Assembly (NCBI GenBank): GCA_973895155.1
Contig: OZ316894.1
Location: forward strand, 26,459,240 to 26,523,239
DNA: 64,000 bases
Source of the DNA: Marsupella aquatica
Lineage: Eukaryota > Plantae > Marchantiophyta
Direction: 5' to 3'
The number at the start of each line of letters is the position of its first letter. The stretch's first letter is position 1. Under the pieces are notes generated by a model, which was not told where the DNA came from, did no database searches, and saw only the letters and a program-made list of their open reading frames with translations. The translations under genes and the position numbers were made by a program. This document shows positions 14,801 through 29,340 of the stretch, in pieces.

Positions 14801-17800
14801 TCTAAAGCTGCATTCAGATTCTGTAGCTCGTACATGTTTGGTTATTCTATGCCTATCATCAATTAATCGGGAGTTCGTGCAGAGAGCGATTGATGGTACA
14901 TTTGGAACTCCGTCTGCAACTCGCTGGACTCCTATTCGAACACCTGTTACAGGTGGTCGTGAGGTCAGTTTATCAAACCGTTTCTGTTTTTGACTAATCT
15001 CCTTAGAGTTTTTTGCGAAATGATCATTCCAATTTGTGTTCGTCGTTTGGCTCAGGGTTTCAACCTCTGGTGAAGTTAAAAAATCATCGGTGATGGCTCT
15101 GTTTTATTTCTGCAGCTGTAATGTTTGTTCTTTTTCCAACACAGATGCTGAAGAGGAGAAGTACCGTCCTGGACGAGGGTTGGAGTTCTGGTGGTCCTAT
15201 AAGAAGGACAAGACACAAGTCAATAGTTTCTGCTACCCCATCCAACTTGAGTCAGTCAAGAGGATTCGCATTTCCAGCAACCCCTCTGCCTAGTTCTTCG
15301 CTATTGAGTCTCTCCTCACCCATTGGGGCCAAGCGCAGTGAAGTTACTCCGTCTTCGCGGAATGCCTCACCGTCGGCAACCAAGGAGAAAAGTGCACTCA
15401 CACCAAGTGGTAATTTCTATGTTCCGGCACAGTCAAGTGCAACAGCTCGGAAGATTTTGGAGACTCTTGAAAAAATGACTCCTTCTCCAAAAGGAAAATC
15501 TTTGGGGGATGAACTAGCTTATGTAAGAGAAAGGCCTCCCACCGCATTGACAGAGGGTATGCTAAATGATCAAGCTCGGAAGAGTATGACCTTTGTAGAA
15601 TTCGCTAGTCCCAGTGATTCACGAGAACCAGGGCCATCTGGCAGAACTGCGGAGGAGTCGCTAAGGTCTTCATTCAAGACGTCTGATCCCAGCACAAAGG
15701 TCAAGGGGAAGGGCAAGGGACCTCTACCTTCAACTGAGAACGGACCTAGTGGGCCCGGTGGATTGTTGACAGCACAAGAAAGAACCAGCACAGCAGATTG
15801 GTCTGCTAAGCAACCGTCTGTTAGACCCAAGGAAGCAGTCATTGTGACGGCACCTGGAAGTAATAAAGGCAAAGGTTTCCGGATGAACGCAGTTTTTGAG
15901 GTAAGTAGTTCACAGTATGCTGTCCATACTACCTTTTTCAGGTGTCTCTTACCTTGGCGCTTGTCTTTTTATCCTGCAAGGCAACCGATGTGGAATTACT
16001 GTCTGACATCACTCCCGCTGTTTCTTCGTTTTGGTTATTTTCCCTTGTTTATGATGTAGCTAATATAATCGTCAGGTTCATAAGCGACAACCAAGAATGC
16101 GTTAATTTTTCCAACACAGTCCGAGGTTCTCAGCCGAATTAAGGATGGGTGCTGAAGACGTTTTTCTGTGAAGATTGGTGTGCAAGTACATCAACAAAAT
16201 TATTGTAGGAAATGTTCAGTGGCGACTAAGAGGAAAGCGACTAATTATTAACAACTTATTTACAGGAGTCCGGTTCTGAAGACGAAGGTCGTAAGAGTAT
16301 GTCGCCTCCTCCGCTGGCCACTTCAAAGATGCCGACAACATCGTCCATAAGCTCAATAATTACACCTTCAGTATTCGGGGCTGCCAAATTGAGCCCGTCA
16401 GGCCCTGGCCTACCATCCTTTCCAGTGAGTGTTCCTGCGGTGGACACAGCCAAGGCTTTCTCATCTGCATTTTCCTTCCCTACGCGTGGTTCATTGGAAG
16501 GGCCTCCCACTCCCAAGGCCATGTCACCTGCGTCAACTTCTCCAAAGGCGAACGCAGCAACTCCTCTCTTTCAATTTGCTCAGGCAGTTGAGCCACCAGC
16601 AGCATCAGGCTCGACTACGGAGGCTAGCAGTACACGTGTGCAAGCAGAGTCACAACCTGAGACCAAGACTGAATTTTCTTTTGGGTGCGTATGCAATTCC
16701 TCGGTAGTTCCCTCAGTCATAGGTTTTGTTTTTACGAGTTGTCTTGTCTGTACAGGAACTTGCTCTGTGTTCCAGTTCACTGAATCTTTTTTCTTCGCGT
16801 GGGTGATTACCCTCTTCTGCACAGATCTCCTGCTCCAGTGGCCTATGCAGTATCGAAATCGCAACCAACTCTTGACTTCTCAAAGGATATCTTCAAGCAA
16901 AGCTCTCCAACCCAAGCTTCATCCTCTGCTTTTGCCCCTTCTGTGTTCCCTACCTTTTCAACCGGCGGAGGAACAAATGCTCCTGCGGCACCAACTAGTT
17001 CAAAATTGGGAGGTAAGACGATCTTTAGCAAAGATTTGGTTGAAGAGACGTAGACCCCTGTTTGGCTTAATCGCTCATGTTGTCACAAGTGTTGTAATGT
17101 AATAGCTCACATCTCGAGGATCTTGCATGAGTGGATGAGCGGAAAGCCGACTTCAAATTAGTCTTCAAATTTCGACCACAAAACCGTGTTCATTTTTCCA
17201 CTCATCTCATGTTATATCTAAATGTGGATGCAGAGACCCTCTCCGCACCGGTCAGCAGTTCTTCTTTCAAACTGGCAGCAATCCCAACCAGTGCTACTTC
17301 ATTGGGACAATTGTTTACCTCCAACAGTAGTTCTGCGCAGAGTCAATCTGTGACAGTCCCTTCTACGAATCTGTTTTCTAGTAACGCTGGGTCTGTTGCT
17401 GCCCCAGCAATAAATTTGTTTCCTAGTGGCTTTAAAACAGGGACATCAGTACCACCTGCTTTTGGACAGTCGAATTCGAATTCTTTTCCTTTGAGAAATC
17501 TCTCCTCCACATCAGGACCTTTAGTGTCCCCTGATTCCAAGACCTCTGTTAGTACAGGCAACAGCAAACCCTTGGTGGATCCCGAGCGGCCGCAGAAAAG
17601 ATCCATGTCTTCTTCGTTCCAGCAAGATCTCAGTAACCAGCAACAACCTCCAAATCATGTTTTCACAAGTTTTGGAATAACTCTTGCCACCTCTGCTGCT
17701 ACACCAGCTATTCCGGTTACTTTTGCGGCAGGTGCTCAAAACACAAGTGCTTCGCAGGGTCTGTTTTCTGTCCCATCATTCGGTCAAGCTTCTAGTTCAG

Positions 17801-18750
17801 CATCACAAACTGCATCTGCCTTGCCTTCCGCAGTTGGTATTCCTGCGTTTCCATTTGGTTCTTCTGCAACCCCAGCAGGAACCACTTCTGCTGTGTCATC
17901 ATCTGCAGGATTTGGTAGCACTCCGTCATTTCCATCGTTTCCAAGCTCTGTATTTGGTACTGTATCAAGTGGAAGTACTTTTGGTGTAACTCCAGCTCCA
18001 GCGCCGGCTCCAGTGCTAGCTCCTGCACCTTTGGCCTTTGGGTCCACAGGAACTACCCCAGCATTCGGTTCAACGAGTGCCAATTCAGTTTTTGGAGGTT
18101 TTGCATCAGAGGCCGTTTCTCAGTCTCCACCAACACCTGTTTTTGGTTCAGGATTTACATCACCATCACCATCACCATCTCCTTCTACAAGCTCAGCTTT
18201 TTCCTTTGGAGCTTCTTCTCCGGCCTTCTCCTTCGACCCGAATGCTGCAACTTCTTCAGGAAGTGCCTTCGCGTTTGGTTCAGCAGGATCTTTCCCGTTT
18301 GCGGCCAATAAGAGTTCTCCACCTCCTGTTTTTGGTTTATCTAGCTCTGTACCTGCTTTTGGTTCCACGACGAACGGAACAATGGCAAATGATGTAGTTG
18401 TAAATGACCAATCTAACATGGATGACAATAGCATGGCGGAGGAGCCATCTCAGATGGGTGGCAGCGTGTCACCCCAACCATCTATTTTTGGTGCACAGTC
18501 AAGTGCTGGTGCGGGCTCTTTTGTTTTCGGAGCCCAGGCAGGAGCAACTGTGCAACCATTATTTGGAGGATTCTCAAATCTAACCAATCCTGCCGGATTT
18601 GGAGCTGCACCTGCTAACCCTTTTGCGGCACAACCTGCTGGCTCCCTAGACTTTGCTGGAGGATCGTTTACTCTAGGTTCTAGTGGTGACAACAGGCCAC
18701 AAAGAAAAATGTTTAAGGCTAAAAGAACCGGTGCAAAGCGAGGAAAGTAA
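11854..18750 (+). CDS. NUP1: Nuclear pore complex protein NUP1/NUP136 (plant nuclear-basket FG nucleoporin)
   Basis: Exons 11854-12307, 13103-13158, 13426-13550, 13704-13968, 14442-14750, 14883-14963, 15145-15900, 16266-16684, 16825-17012, 17234-18750. Motifs: GGGGGK..R...PYERP, EKLLAKKTLSRDEFQRLTELLQSR, SPVEVAIAFMG, LKRRSTVLD....GPIRRTRHK, VPAQSSATARKILETLEK..PSPKGKS, C-terminal FG/FxFG repeats and basic tail FTLGSSGDNRPQRKMFKAKR. Confidence 0.9.
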
Positions 18751-20893
18751 ATAATGTCTAAGGAGCTTCTTTTAGTGGGGGAGGTGGTGGGTTGATTTCT
18801 TTACAAAAGATACCGGTGACCTTGTCAACGATATCAGGGCTACTATCTCATGCCAGGCAGAGTTGGGCTGTTCTGTGGGTGGGTAGACGACCAACAGCCT
18901 CATACTTTAGAGGAGTTTGATCTGTCAGGTGGGGTGATTTTGGTACAGAGGAGAGAGCATATACGGAGAGCGAGAGCGAGAGGAGAGTGTAATCATTAGG
19001 GAGTCTTTCAACATTCCGGTCATAATCAGTGGCCTACATGGATGGACTTCAAACTAGGAATTGATGGAAGGGAGAGGCGTTGATTATCCACAAATCTTTG
19101 GTTGTGAAATAAATCTGTTTCAGGAGTCATTAGTGTGAGACTACTATATAATTATGCTCTGTTTGTTGTCTGAATTGTTTGTCCTTTTTGTTGATTCGGG
19201 ATATTTGTCAGCGAGTCCCCGAGGACCATCTAACCATTCCCTTTGAAAGATCGACTAACCACTCGCGGGAACTCCAGATACAAAATCGTCGATTTCGTTT
19301 AGCTTAAAACCTAGACATCTACACCAGGTGGAGACTGTTTTCTGTGGAGGACGTTGGGCACGGGGCGCCTGCTGCCTGGGGTTTGGCTTCTTGAGGAATT
19401 GTGCTAGGACCTAAATTGCCAAATTTGGGTAATTTATCGTCAATGAATAATCCATTCTCAGATGTTTAGGGATGGTGGTGGTTTCCCTAAGCCATGCCAA
19501 TACAGGATAGCACTCATTGTTCACTAGGTGGACGGCTGCACTTAGCTGCAATGCTGTAGGACCGAGAAGTTGTCGCTGAGCTTTGGCTACCAAAAGATCT
19601 AAGGGATGAAGGTCTGTCACTGATTTGTCCTCGTCTGGTGTCCTTAAGTCCCTTAAGCTCTGGTTGTACCCAAATCGGGCTGATCGGTCATGTGAGGCCG
19701 ACAGGTGAAGCTATGTGCATGTACAAGGATGGGACCAGCTACTATGGTAAGGAATAGATGTAGTTCAACTTTGTAAGCAATTGCCTTTACAGGGGTAAAA
19801 TCCAGTACTTAGGGCAGGGCATGTACTTCAGGTGCAAAATCGTTTTTTTAAAGCATGTGCACAAGAAGTCAATGTACCGTATTCGTTTTTATCGTTTGAA
19901 TTACGTCTTAGAGAGAAATGAGAGAGCAGTATCTAGTACTTCGATGAAATTCATACGCAGGAGGCTTGTGTCAGAGTATGAATGTCCTGCAAGTAGTAGG
20001 TCAAAGACTGCTTAGAGAGACGCTCTAGGGAAAATAATGGTGCATGAGTGGAACGGAATCACTGTTTAAATGGTGCTGTGCAGGTCTGTCTGGATTTGTT
20101 ACTCTTTTTCCTCTCCAAACAATTTGAATATAGTAAAACTGTCATTGATGTGAAGGGGCCAAAACCTGAGCAATATTTGTAGCGCCTCAACCTGAAATCT
20201 GGGTCCCCCTATTACCTGTTTCCTGTTTGGTACTCCTCATTTGGCAAAACACTCACTAGCTCCTTGAGATTTTGTGGATCTCAAGTTATGGTCTGTTGTC
20301 CATGGCAATGACAATAGCCCCACCAACAGGCCTTGGAATTGTCATGCCTAGACTACCCACTCCAGGGTGAACTTCAAATTGGAAACCAATCAACTTCTCC
20401 TATGCTCTGCTTCAATGCATCAGTGTTAGTCTTGTTTCTTGGTTCAGTAAGAGTAGAGATGGGTCTTAACTCATTACAAGTGATGACTAGTGAGGATTTT
20501 TAGAATATATATTCTCCTTAAACATGCTTAGTGGACCTACCACTGTTGGATAAGATTTGGTTCCCTATTTTTTGTCCTATTATTGTATCCAGTCAAAACC
20601 ATAACTTTCGATCTGTGACTCATTTGGCAATGTTACACATAGCTTTATGTTGAAGTTGATGAGGAGCTCATGATGGTGCTACCAGCAACCACTCATGATC
20701 ACCTTTTTCAAGTGCCTTCTTGGACTGAAGCGATAGGTCCTGACAACATTCTCTATATTACCATCTTGTAAAAAAGTTTTACCTTGTTCTATTATTTGAG
20801 GTCGGGAGGTAGTTTTTTGGTTCTTGTATAGTTTGGTTTTTTCCCTTTGGGTACAAAGAATTCAAAAACAAAAGGCAACTTTGACACTCATAA

Positions 20894-21010
20894 TGAGCCT
20901 CTTGTACTGAGGTACCTGCTGCCCACGTCCCTTGATTTTTATTGTTTCTGAGCCTCTTGTACTTAGGTACCTGCTGCCCACCGTCCCTTGATTTATCATA
21001 TTGTTTCTAA
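20894..21010. repeat. Tandem duplication, ~55-bp unit x2
   Basis: tgagcctcttgtact.aggtacctgctgcccac.gtcccttgattt at 20894 and 20949. Confidence 0.85.
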
Positions 21011-21622
21011 GTGTCGCCAGAATATGAAGGAATGCCACTTTTGGGTGGGATGGATGTTTAGCCCTGGCAGGATGTGAGCCATAGACTTGTCCCACCACGT
21101 CAAACTGATCTACCACTTAGCCTAGGGGCAGCTGATGACCACAGTGTTTCTCGCCTAGATTTTAACTTGAGACTGGCGTCAAGCAGAGGTAGGCAACGGG
21201 TAGGTAGGTAAGGCTAATTAATGCTAATCCGCATTGATTAGCCTATCTAATAAAGCATGATCAAAAGTTACAATAAAAGCCTCCCATCTAAAGCAAAGCC
21301 TCACAATGATATGTTTTTACAAAACCACATCATTTTCTGCAACAATTTCTTTTGCACAAAGAACATCATTTTTGCAATTAAATTTTTCACGTATGGATAT
21401 CTGTTGTGCAACCCACAATCATGTATTTAGCTAATAAGTTATATTTTCTGATGAAACTTGCAAACAAAATATCCCTATGTTTCACTGTCTGAAAACGGAC
21501 AAGCACTACATGAAGGAGGGCATGGAGCATAGATAGAGTAGTGAAGAGATCCTATTTTCAACCAAAAATAATAAATAATAAATTATTGGGATACCAAAGA
21601 AACCCTCAACAGATACTTTCCT

Positions 21623-22108
21623 ACACCTTTTTACTAACATGTACCCCAAACTACCCAATGTTATTAACCCGCCCCCCAAACAAAATTAATTATCAATCCA
21701 CCCCCATTTCGTATTCGGGCATCAATTTGTATACAGGTTCTTGCTGCCATGTGGCAACTCACTAATGGCTAGCCTTAACCACCCCCGTGACTGCCCTTCC
21801 CCTTCTCCAGTGCAGGGCGAGTCGCAGGTCTGGAGGGGCAAAAATACGTTATTTTTTGCTCCATAAGAAAACCCGACACTTCTGGCCCTCATTTTTACTC
21901 ACAAAACGCAGCACAGAAGCAAAAGTGGGGCCGAGGGGGGTGGCGGCAGGTGCGGCTAGCCAATATTGAGTTGCCGCATGGCAGCATGAACAGTATACAA
22001 GGTAATACCTACCCTGAATAAGAAATGGATGGGAGGTTGATAATTAATTTTTGTTTGGGGGCATGTTACTAATAAATGGTAGTTTGGGGACACGTTAGCA
22101 TAAAACTC
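21623..22108. mobile_element. Old MITE, probably Mutator-derived, with ~150-bp imperfect TIRs
   Basis: ~21630-21775 (ctaacatgtaccccaaactacc...ggcaactcactaatggctagcc) is inverted at 21955-~22105. Candidate 9-bp TSD tactttcct (21614-21622) / tactttctt (22109-22117), 8/9 match. Confidence 0.7.
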
Positions 22109-23516
22109 TACTTTCTTCAAGTAACTTTCACATAAACGTTTATTACGGACCCCACTAGAGGTCCCTTCCAAAATTCCTGGCACCACAGCGTGCCACGTCA
22201 ACAACAACCGTAACAAACAAGACTCGTCAATTTTGTGAATCAAACTTATAGTTTTCATTCGTGTTTGTGTCAATTTGGGTGTAAATTTTGGGACGCCATG
22301 TCGTAAAAAGAAAAGTAAAAACATTAGAAATGCAAAGAGCAAGACGGTTAAAGCTGTCACTATGTAACCGTTTTAGTTACATTTCCAATTTTAAAACTTA
22401 AATTCAAAGATTTATAAAAAGTATTTTTCATATAATAAATAATGACTAATAATTAACTTGATAACTTCCTTGTTGAACCGCAACTCCCGGTATGTAAGGA
22501 CCTCTCATATTGTACGGCCATTAATGCTGGGAAGAGCACATAGAAACCCAGGATCGGGGAGGAAGAATGGCTAGAATCTTGAAAGTTCATCTAATTTTAT
22601 ACTCAAAAATATTTATTCATTCTCAAAACAAAAAATACCCAATCGTTGATCTCATTGAGATCTTTCTTTTGTGCCCTAGATCGCCTTCTAACATGGATGA
22701 ATAAGATTTCTAGAGGCATTACAAAATGGATGACAAAGAATGGGAAAAATTAACAAAATAGACGACTAGGAGGCCTTGGATTTGTTTGGATTTGTTTAAT
22801 TTTTCATTTGAAAAATATGAACCTATTTGCAAAACAGACAGAACGTTTTCTATTTTCTATACCGGCAGCTGTGGTTTAATAAGCCCTGGAGGGTCCGCCC
22901 CACAGACTGATCATCGAACTCGGCTCGCGTGCCACTCCTCGCCAATGTTTCTGATTTTGATTGGTATCCTTCATGCCATCGGCTTTGAGCTCGGGACGGA
23001 CATCGAGCCTGTTCAATCAGCATTTCCTTTCAGGGATTTTTAGGTTCGATTGGCGAAACCAGAAGAATTTGGTCTTTTTGCTCTACTGAGCTTCGAATTG
23101 AACACTCTCTCACCTTAGAAGCCCCTCGCCGATGCTCCCTCCCACCCGAGAGAGTGGTCGTGTGGGCCTCCAGTCCTCTATCACCGTTACGGAGGCAATG
23201 TGTTTGATGATTGAAGAATTGTTGTAGTCTTCGAAATCCTGGCGGCCTTTGCTGTGCGCAGATGACCTCTTTTCGGGGGTTTCTCCATTCTTGAGGTTGC
23301 ACCATCCACCCGCTGTCTGTGGGCGAAACCAAAAGCAGAAGCGGACTACGGGATCCACAGAAGGGGAAGGACGAGAGGAAGAAGGGGCAGGTGGCGAGGC
23401 GGCCTGGAGAAGACCGACTCAAAGGGTGTACGAAAGGAAAGAGTAGCGGATAGAGAGAGCTCCGTTCGTTTGTGCGCTCAATTGCTCTCTCTTCCCTCTC
23501 TCTCTCTCTTTCAAAG

Positions 23517-26500
23517 ATGGGGGACGACAATCGTCATGAGATGATGGAATCGCTGTTCGGGGCGGAGTCGGGTGGGTCCGACGATGAGCCGGACAATAAA
23601 TCCTCCTACTCCAATGATTCCAACGCCACCAATTCTGTAAGTTCGTCGTAGTCTTTGTTCTGTGCTAAACAATGATTCCATTTCTGCGAGGCTATAGCTT
23701 TGTTGGGGCATGCGTCATTCCATCCTATTATGTTGTCAGCGTGGTCATGAACGAACCGAGAAGCTTGGATGATAAACAATGAAATCAAAACTAGGTCGAC
23801 ATTGGTCTGAGAGCCTCTTTGTAGATCGAGTCACGGGGCGTTGTTCTGTTACTCTGTGTAGAGTAATGAACGTTTCCATCCATGCTCTCACGTTCTTGTT
23901 GGAGCAAACACTAAGCCCGCGCTGTATTCGATACACAACAGGGTAGAGATGAGGAGGAGGGAGAAGGGGAAGGAGGGGGTGAAGTGGAGGTGGAAAGTGA
24001 CCTGGATGGTGCAGAAAGCGAACGGGCTGGCAGTGACGGTGGAAGAGATGTAGAGAGTGAGGCTGAGCGTGGTGGAGTGAGCGATAGAGATGAAGTCAGC
24101 GACAGAGAAGTGGAGGAAGGTGAACCAGATGTTGAGAGTGAGGCTGAGCATGGTGGAGGAAGTGATCGGGATGAAGCTAGCGACAGAGAAGTAGAGGAAG
24201 TCGAAGGAAGTGTGAGTGGATCAGAGACCTCTCATCGTGGCGGGGCAGTGGAGTATGACGACCACGAGGTGGATTTAGCTCGTGAGCCAAGGTATTCATT
24301 TCTGCTGTCCATCACATCATCTCTAATCCTGAGCCACTCTACATTTCGAAGAAAACCGGGCTGCCTATTATGACAACTGTTGAGTTCATTGGCATTCAAT
24401 GGTTGGAAACCTTATTCTGTATTTTTTTTCTGTTCCTTTTGTGTCGATTGGTATTCCCGTCAGGACTTGTTTTCGTTTACTTTTTCTAATTTTTCGAACA
24501 ACGTCTGTATCTACAGAAATCGTACTTTGTACCCTTTGTCAATTTCACATTCGAGAACGTCCTAGCTATTTGTTTTTAGAGCTCATGAAATTTGGTGGAT
24601 GCAGCGAGCAAGGTGATGATGAACTGGGGGATGAACATGATAATGAACAGATCGATGATGAACAAGGTGAAATTGAGCATGGTGATGATGAACAAGTTGA
24701 GGATGAACTGGGCGAGGATGAGCAAGGTCAGAATGAGCAGGTTGGCGAAGAGCAGGACGATGATGAGCGTCAAGCTTCTGGTGGAGTAGCAGTTGCACGA
24801 GATGTTTTTGGTGACTCAGACGAGGATGACGAAGAGGTGGTAAGACGGGGGAGTCTTAGCAGAGAAGCTAGCCCGCTTGCAAGTCCTGAGGTGAGCCGGT
24901 GCAGAATAAGAAATAGCTGCTTGTAGATTTTAGACTTTGAGTCCGACTATTTATTTATGGCCGGGTATGGGATTCGTTTCTCATCCTCCTCAGTCGGTCG
25001 GTGTTCATGGATGTATTGATAATTACGTCTTAAATTGTGTTTAGTGCTAATAGCACTAATTATCTCTGTTCCAGAGAGTCCAATCAGATGAGGAAAGAAG
25101 TGATCAAGAGCGGGAACCGCCTGATGAATTTGTGGGAGATGGTGATCGATATGATTCTGACGACGACCGGCAAGCTGAGCGAAAGAGGGAAAAACCAGTT
25201 GGGCCTCCGTTGGAAATTGAAGTCCCTTTGAAGCCCCCACCCGGGAGAGCGGACCAGGTATTGTTTGTGAGTACTGTATATGAACAGAGTATTCGATATC
25301 AGGGTGCTCCCAGCGAGGAAGTACACACTGTTTAAATCAACTCACTGTTAAGTTCACACCAATCTCACCTATGGACCTTAATATTACATATGCTCGGTAG
25401 CTCTGAGTACTTTTAATTTAAAACCTAAGCATCGTATAATGTGACATGTCTTGGATGAGCAGCTCAACCTTGTCCGAGTTTCAAACATTATGGGTATTGA
25501 ATCAAAGCCCTTTGATCCCAAAACTTACGAGGAAGAGTCAACATTCGTGACTGATGCTGAGGGGCGCAAACAACGAATCCGACTTGAAGAGAATGTTGCA
25601 CGCTGGCGAATTGCTCGTAGCCGTGATGGAACCACCAGTGTAAGTATTTGCAGCACCATCTTACACGTGACACTCAAGTTTTTTCAGGGGACCTCTAGAC
25701 AACTGTGAAAAATTAAAAGCTAGTCTGGCACATGCCTGCAGTCTAGTGATGGATAACACAATCTCGTGATGTAAGGTTGGTGTACGATGACATATTGTGA
25801 TGGAATTCAACACCAGCAGTGGGTTCTGTTCATTTGAATGAGATTGCTTACCGCCTAAATCAGACTATGTGTACACGTGGACTGTCTTTTCGACAGATGT
25901 AGGAAGAGTTGCAAATGAATGTGTCTGCAAGATGATGGCTTTGCCCTTAGATCTATAATGGCAACAATCCGGTTCACTGTTTTCATTCTGTCGCGCACAC
26001 TTTGGAAGACTCATCGTGCAGCATCTGCCGGACCCTATCAGCTAGGGATCCCTTTGCCATGGACAAAACCAATCAAGGGATGGACCGGCAGTTTTTAAAG
26101 TTGGAAGACTCAACTATTTAGCACAAACACTCCCTAGACAACGATTGTGTGGACTTTCCAGGTCTTTACAGACAAAGACTTCACTAAACCTGCACTACAT
26201 GTTAAAGAAGCTACTTTAAAAAGTCACTTACTAGAATGCAATGTAGAGGAGCATTGTGTCTCCATGCTATATATCTGCATGTCAAATCAAGCATGCTTTG
26301 ACCAGTGATCTTGATGTTGCGAACCGCAGTATGAAAGCAATGCCAGGTTTGTGAAATGGTCTGATGGCAGCATGCAACTGCTTCTAGGAAACGAAGTGTT
26401 GGACTTGTCCGTGCAAGATTCTCGCCATGATCAGTCGCATCTTTTTATTCGTCATCCAAAGGTAAATTAGTCATAAAATCTGCTTAAACCAAGCTCTCCT

Positions 26501-28248
26501 TCAGTATTCCACTGTGATTCCGTATTGCACTGTCACTCTAGCGATAATACAAATGTCTTAACGTTGTTTGGCTTCTTACTGCAGAGTCTTTTACAATCAC
26601 AAGGGCGTTTGCTCCATAAGATGAAGTTTATGCCTTCTTCTTTGACTTCAAAATCACACAAACTTCTCACTGCACTTGTGGACTCGAGGAACAAGAAGGT
26701 CCTGAAAGTAAAGAGTGTAGTCACTAACATCGACCCTGACAAAGAGAAGGAAGGACAAGAGAAGGTAAAGTCCCCCCTTTCATTGTGAGCTGATTATTGC
26801 ACAGTACTGTGTGCGGAGGCAACATATCCATTGTCCAAGCTGAGTTGGAGATCTGTGGGGGATCTTTGTTTATAAAGTTTGAAACTTTTTTCTTACAGGC
26901 AGTAGAACAGCGGATCAGAAGTAAATCAGATCTTCAAAGAAAGCAGGATAAAATCAGTCGCAAGTACAGTCACAACCCGAGCTCTGGCAGAGACACAGAA
27001 TTGTCGTCAGGTTACCTTGAGGGTGCTCTAGAAGAGGTATGTCTCTTGAGCTGAATTCCAATGATAAGGTCTCGTGCACTGGAGATAGCACAGGCAACAG
27101 AAAAGTGCTTTATGCTGTTTTTGGTCGAGCATCGATGCCTCTTGTTGTTGTGGTTGTTTTGGTGGCCACTGGTCACAATTTTACATCTACACTTTGGGTA
27201 GATTGTGGCTTTCTTTTTCGGAAGCTATTCACACCTGTTAGAAAGCTGAGTGATGAAGTTCATATTGTAGTAACTTCGCTTGTTCAAACTATGCTGTTGT
27301 CCAGGAAGAGGAAGCAGATGACTATGATAGAGGAAACAGAAGGCACATGGATCAACGACGTTTCCAGCAGCAATTAGACGCAGAGAGAGGGGCAGAAAGA
27401 CGAATAATGAATGCCAAGAGGGTATATCTTCTTTCCTACTAGATGAGTTTCGACACATTCATCAAACCTAGAATAAGAATTGTTCTGAAATTATAATGTG
27501 ATTGTTTTGCAATTAAGGCTTCTCATAGAATCTTCATCCTCCTCTCTACAGTGACTTGATACTTAACTGTTGTTATAAACATGGTGCACTTTCACAGCAA
27601 CCACCGCCACTGAGAAGGCCTCCTGTGAGTAAGCGACCTGCACCTTCAAGACGAGAATCGATGCGAGATGTGCTGGAAGATGAGGAGGAAGAGTCTGCGT
27701 ACGAGACTGATCCTGAAGCAGATGAAGAGGAGGAAATGGATGATGAAGACAGGGCCTTCATTGACGAGGACGAGGAGGAAGAACCTAAAAGATATTCAGA
27801 CAAGGGAAGGGTCAAGGATCGTGGGGAGGTAACATTCCACCCTGGTTTTACTCAATGGGTTCAGTTGTAGTGAAACAGTCCAAGATTATGCGAACATAAG
27901 ATCTGTGACTGTCCTTCAAGGCTAGACGATGTGCATTCTGGCATGTGAGGTGTATGTGGCTGAATCACTACTGCCGAAAAGAATTGTTCTTATTAATCTA
28001 AGTATTCAAAACTATGCTGTATTCAGCATTGGTTTGTTATGGAAATTGTGAAAAAATGAGAATGTCGTCCTCCTCGGTGTCTGAAGACTTGGAATTTTTG
28101 CGTTGTCCGGCAGAGGAGGCAAATTGACAGGGGTGACGAAGACAAGAAGAGGCGGCGGGACCCATCACCAGAGCTAGAGCTGTCACCTCCAAGAAAATCA
28201 ACTCAGCGGAGGAGGGTAGTAGTGAGTGAGAGTGATGAGGATGATTGA
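23517..28248 (+). CDS. LEO1: LEO1 homolog (VIP4), RNA polymerase II-associated Paf1 complex subunit
   Basis: Exons 23517-23636, 23942-24291, 24605-24890, 25075-25257, 25463-25639, 26330-26461, 26585-26764, 26899-27036, 27305-27421, 27598-27828, 28114-28248. Acidic N-terminus, then Leo1 domain: [88 protein letters not shown]; ends [13 protein letters not shown]. Confidence 0.95.
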
Positions 28249-29004
28249 GGCAACAGGTTGATTTACAGAAAACTCTTCGGACATGGCCTGATCAACACCT
28301 CCCAGATTTAATGGCACATACGGATTTCAGAGCATCAGCCTTATGAGCGAAGATGAGAAAGACGGCAGTCTGGTATACAAAGGCCCTTGTTCTGGTGTAG
28401 AAAGAAGTCCTTTAGCTATGCCACTCTAAGAAATTGCACAGAAAGTCGAACCCTGTTTTGGGCTTTAGTGGCACCTATTGTGAAAGTTTCTGAAATGGAA
28501 ATGATTCTTTCAAAAAGTAATGTCCTATGCAATTACTTTGGGCATCAAATGTGCGTTGCGAATTCCATACTTGTCCAAAAGTCCGTTTCAGACTCTGTGA
28601 TCGCAAGGCTCCAGAAGGAACCTCTCAAAGATAATCACTTGGCGCCTCTCAGATTCTCACGGATCCCGTGGTGCTGGGGGTTGGATTTGACTTCAAACGT
28701 CACTTGCCTGTTTTATGATTTGATAGTGTAACGAAGAGGGACAGTGTGTCAAATGAAATGTTGATGTGTATAACAAACATATCCGCATACCGAGGTTTCC
28801 TTTGATCCGTCCTTTCATGCAACTTTGAACCAAACTTCCTAGAAACTTTGGAAATACACTAGCCTTAAACTCGCAATCCCTTTGCATGTACGATCGAACC
28901 GTATGACAAAGTCTACACCATAGTTACTTGCAACCATCTAGGGTTGTGAGGTTCCTCTGTGTCGTCGCCCAAGGCCTCCATTGCCTTGATAGTTGGATCT
29001 TCCC

Positions 29005-29340
29005 TTTACCTTTGGGTTCCCTTGAGGTTGTTGTCTCCAACAAGGCAACAGGTTCTAGGTTTGCTCTCGCAATGGTTTCGACTCTAGAATGGCAGGAGGG
29101 GCAGTAGAAACCCCAGCTCCAATTATAGAATCTCAGATTGCTCTCGCAATGGTTTTACCTTTGGGTCCCCTTTAGCTTGTTGTCTCCAACAAGGCAACAG
29201 GTTTTGAAATTGGAATGGCCGGAGGGGCAATAGAACCCCAAGCTGCAAATTATAGAATCTTGGACTGCCCTCGCAATGGTTATGAGACTCGAATCGCAGG
29301 AGGGGCAGTAGAACCCCTAGTTCGAAATTATAGAATCTTT
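29005..29340. repeat. Imperfect mosaic direct repeats
   Basis: ttacctttggg...gttgtctccaacaaggcaacagg occurs twice; ggaggggca.tagaa.ccc...attatagaatc and ctcgcaatggtt occur three times each. Confidence 0.75.

Noticed and set aside
17343-18692. Antisense and alternate-frame ORFs over the NUP1 FG exon (likewise over YSL, LEO1 and taxilin exons)
   Set aside because: Shadow ORFs caused by the codon bias of the real coding strand.
26025-26090. Possible structured intronic RNA in LEO1 intron 5 (gatccctttg...caagggat stem)
   Set aside because: Only a short stem; no convincing C/D or H/ACA box arrangement could be established by eye.
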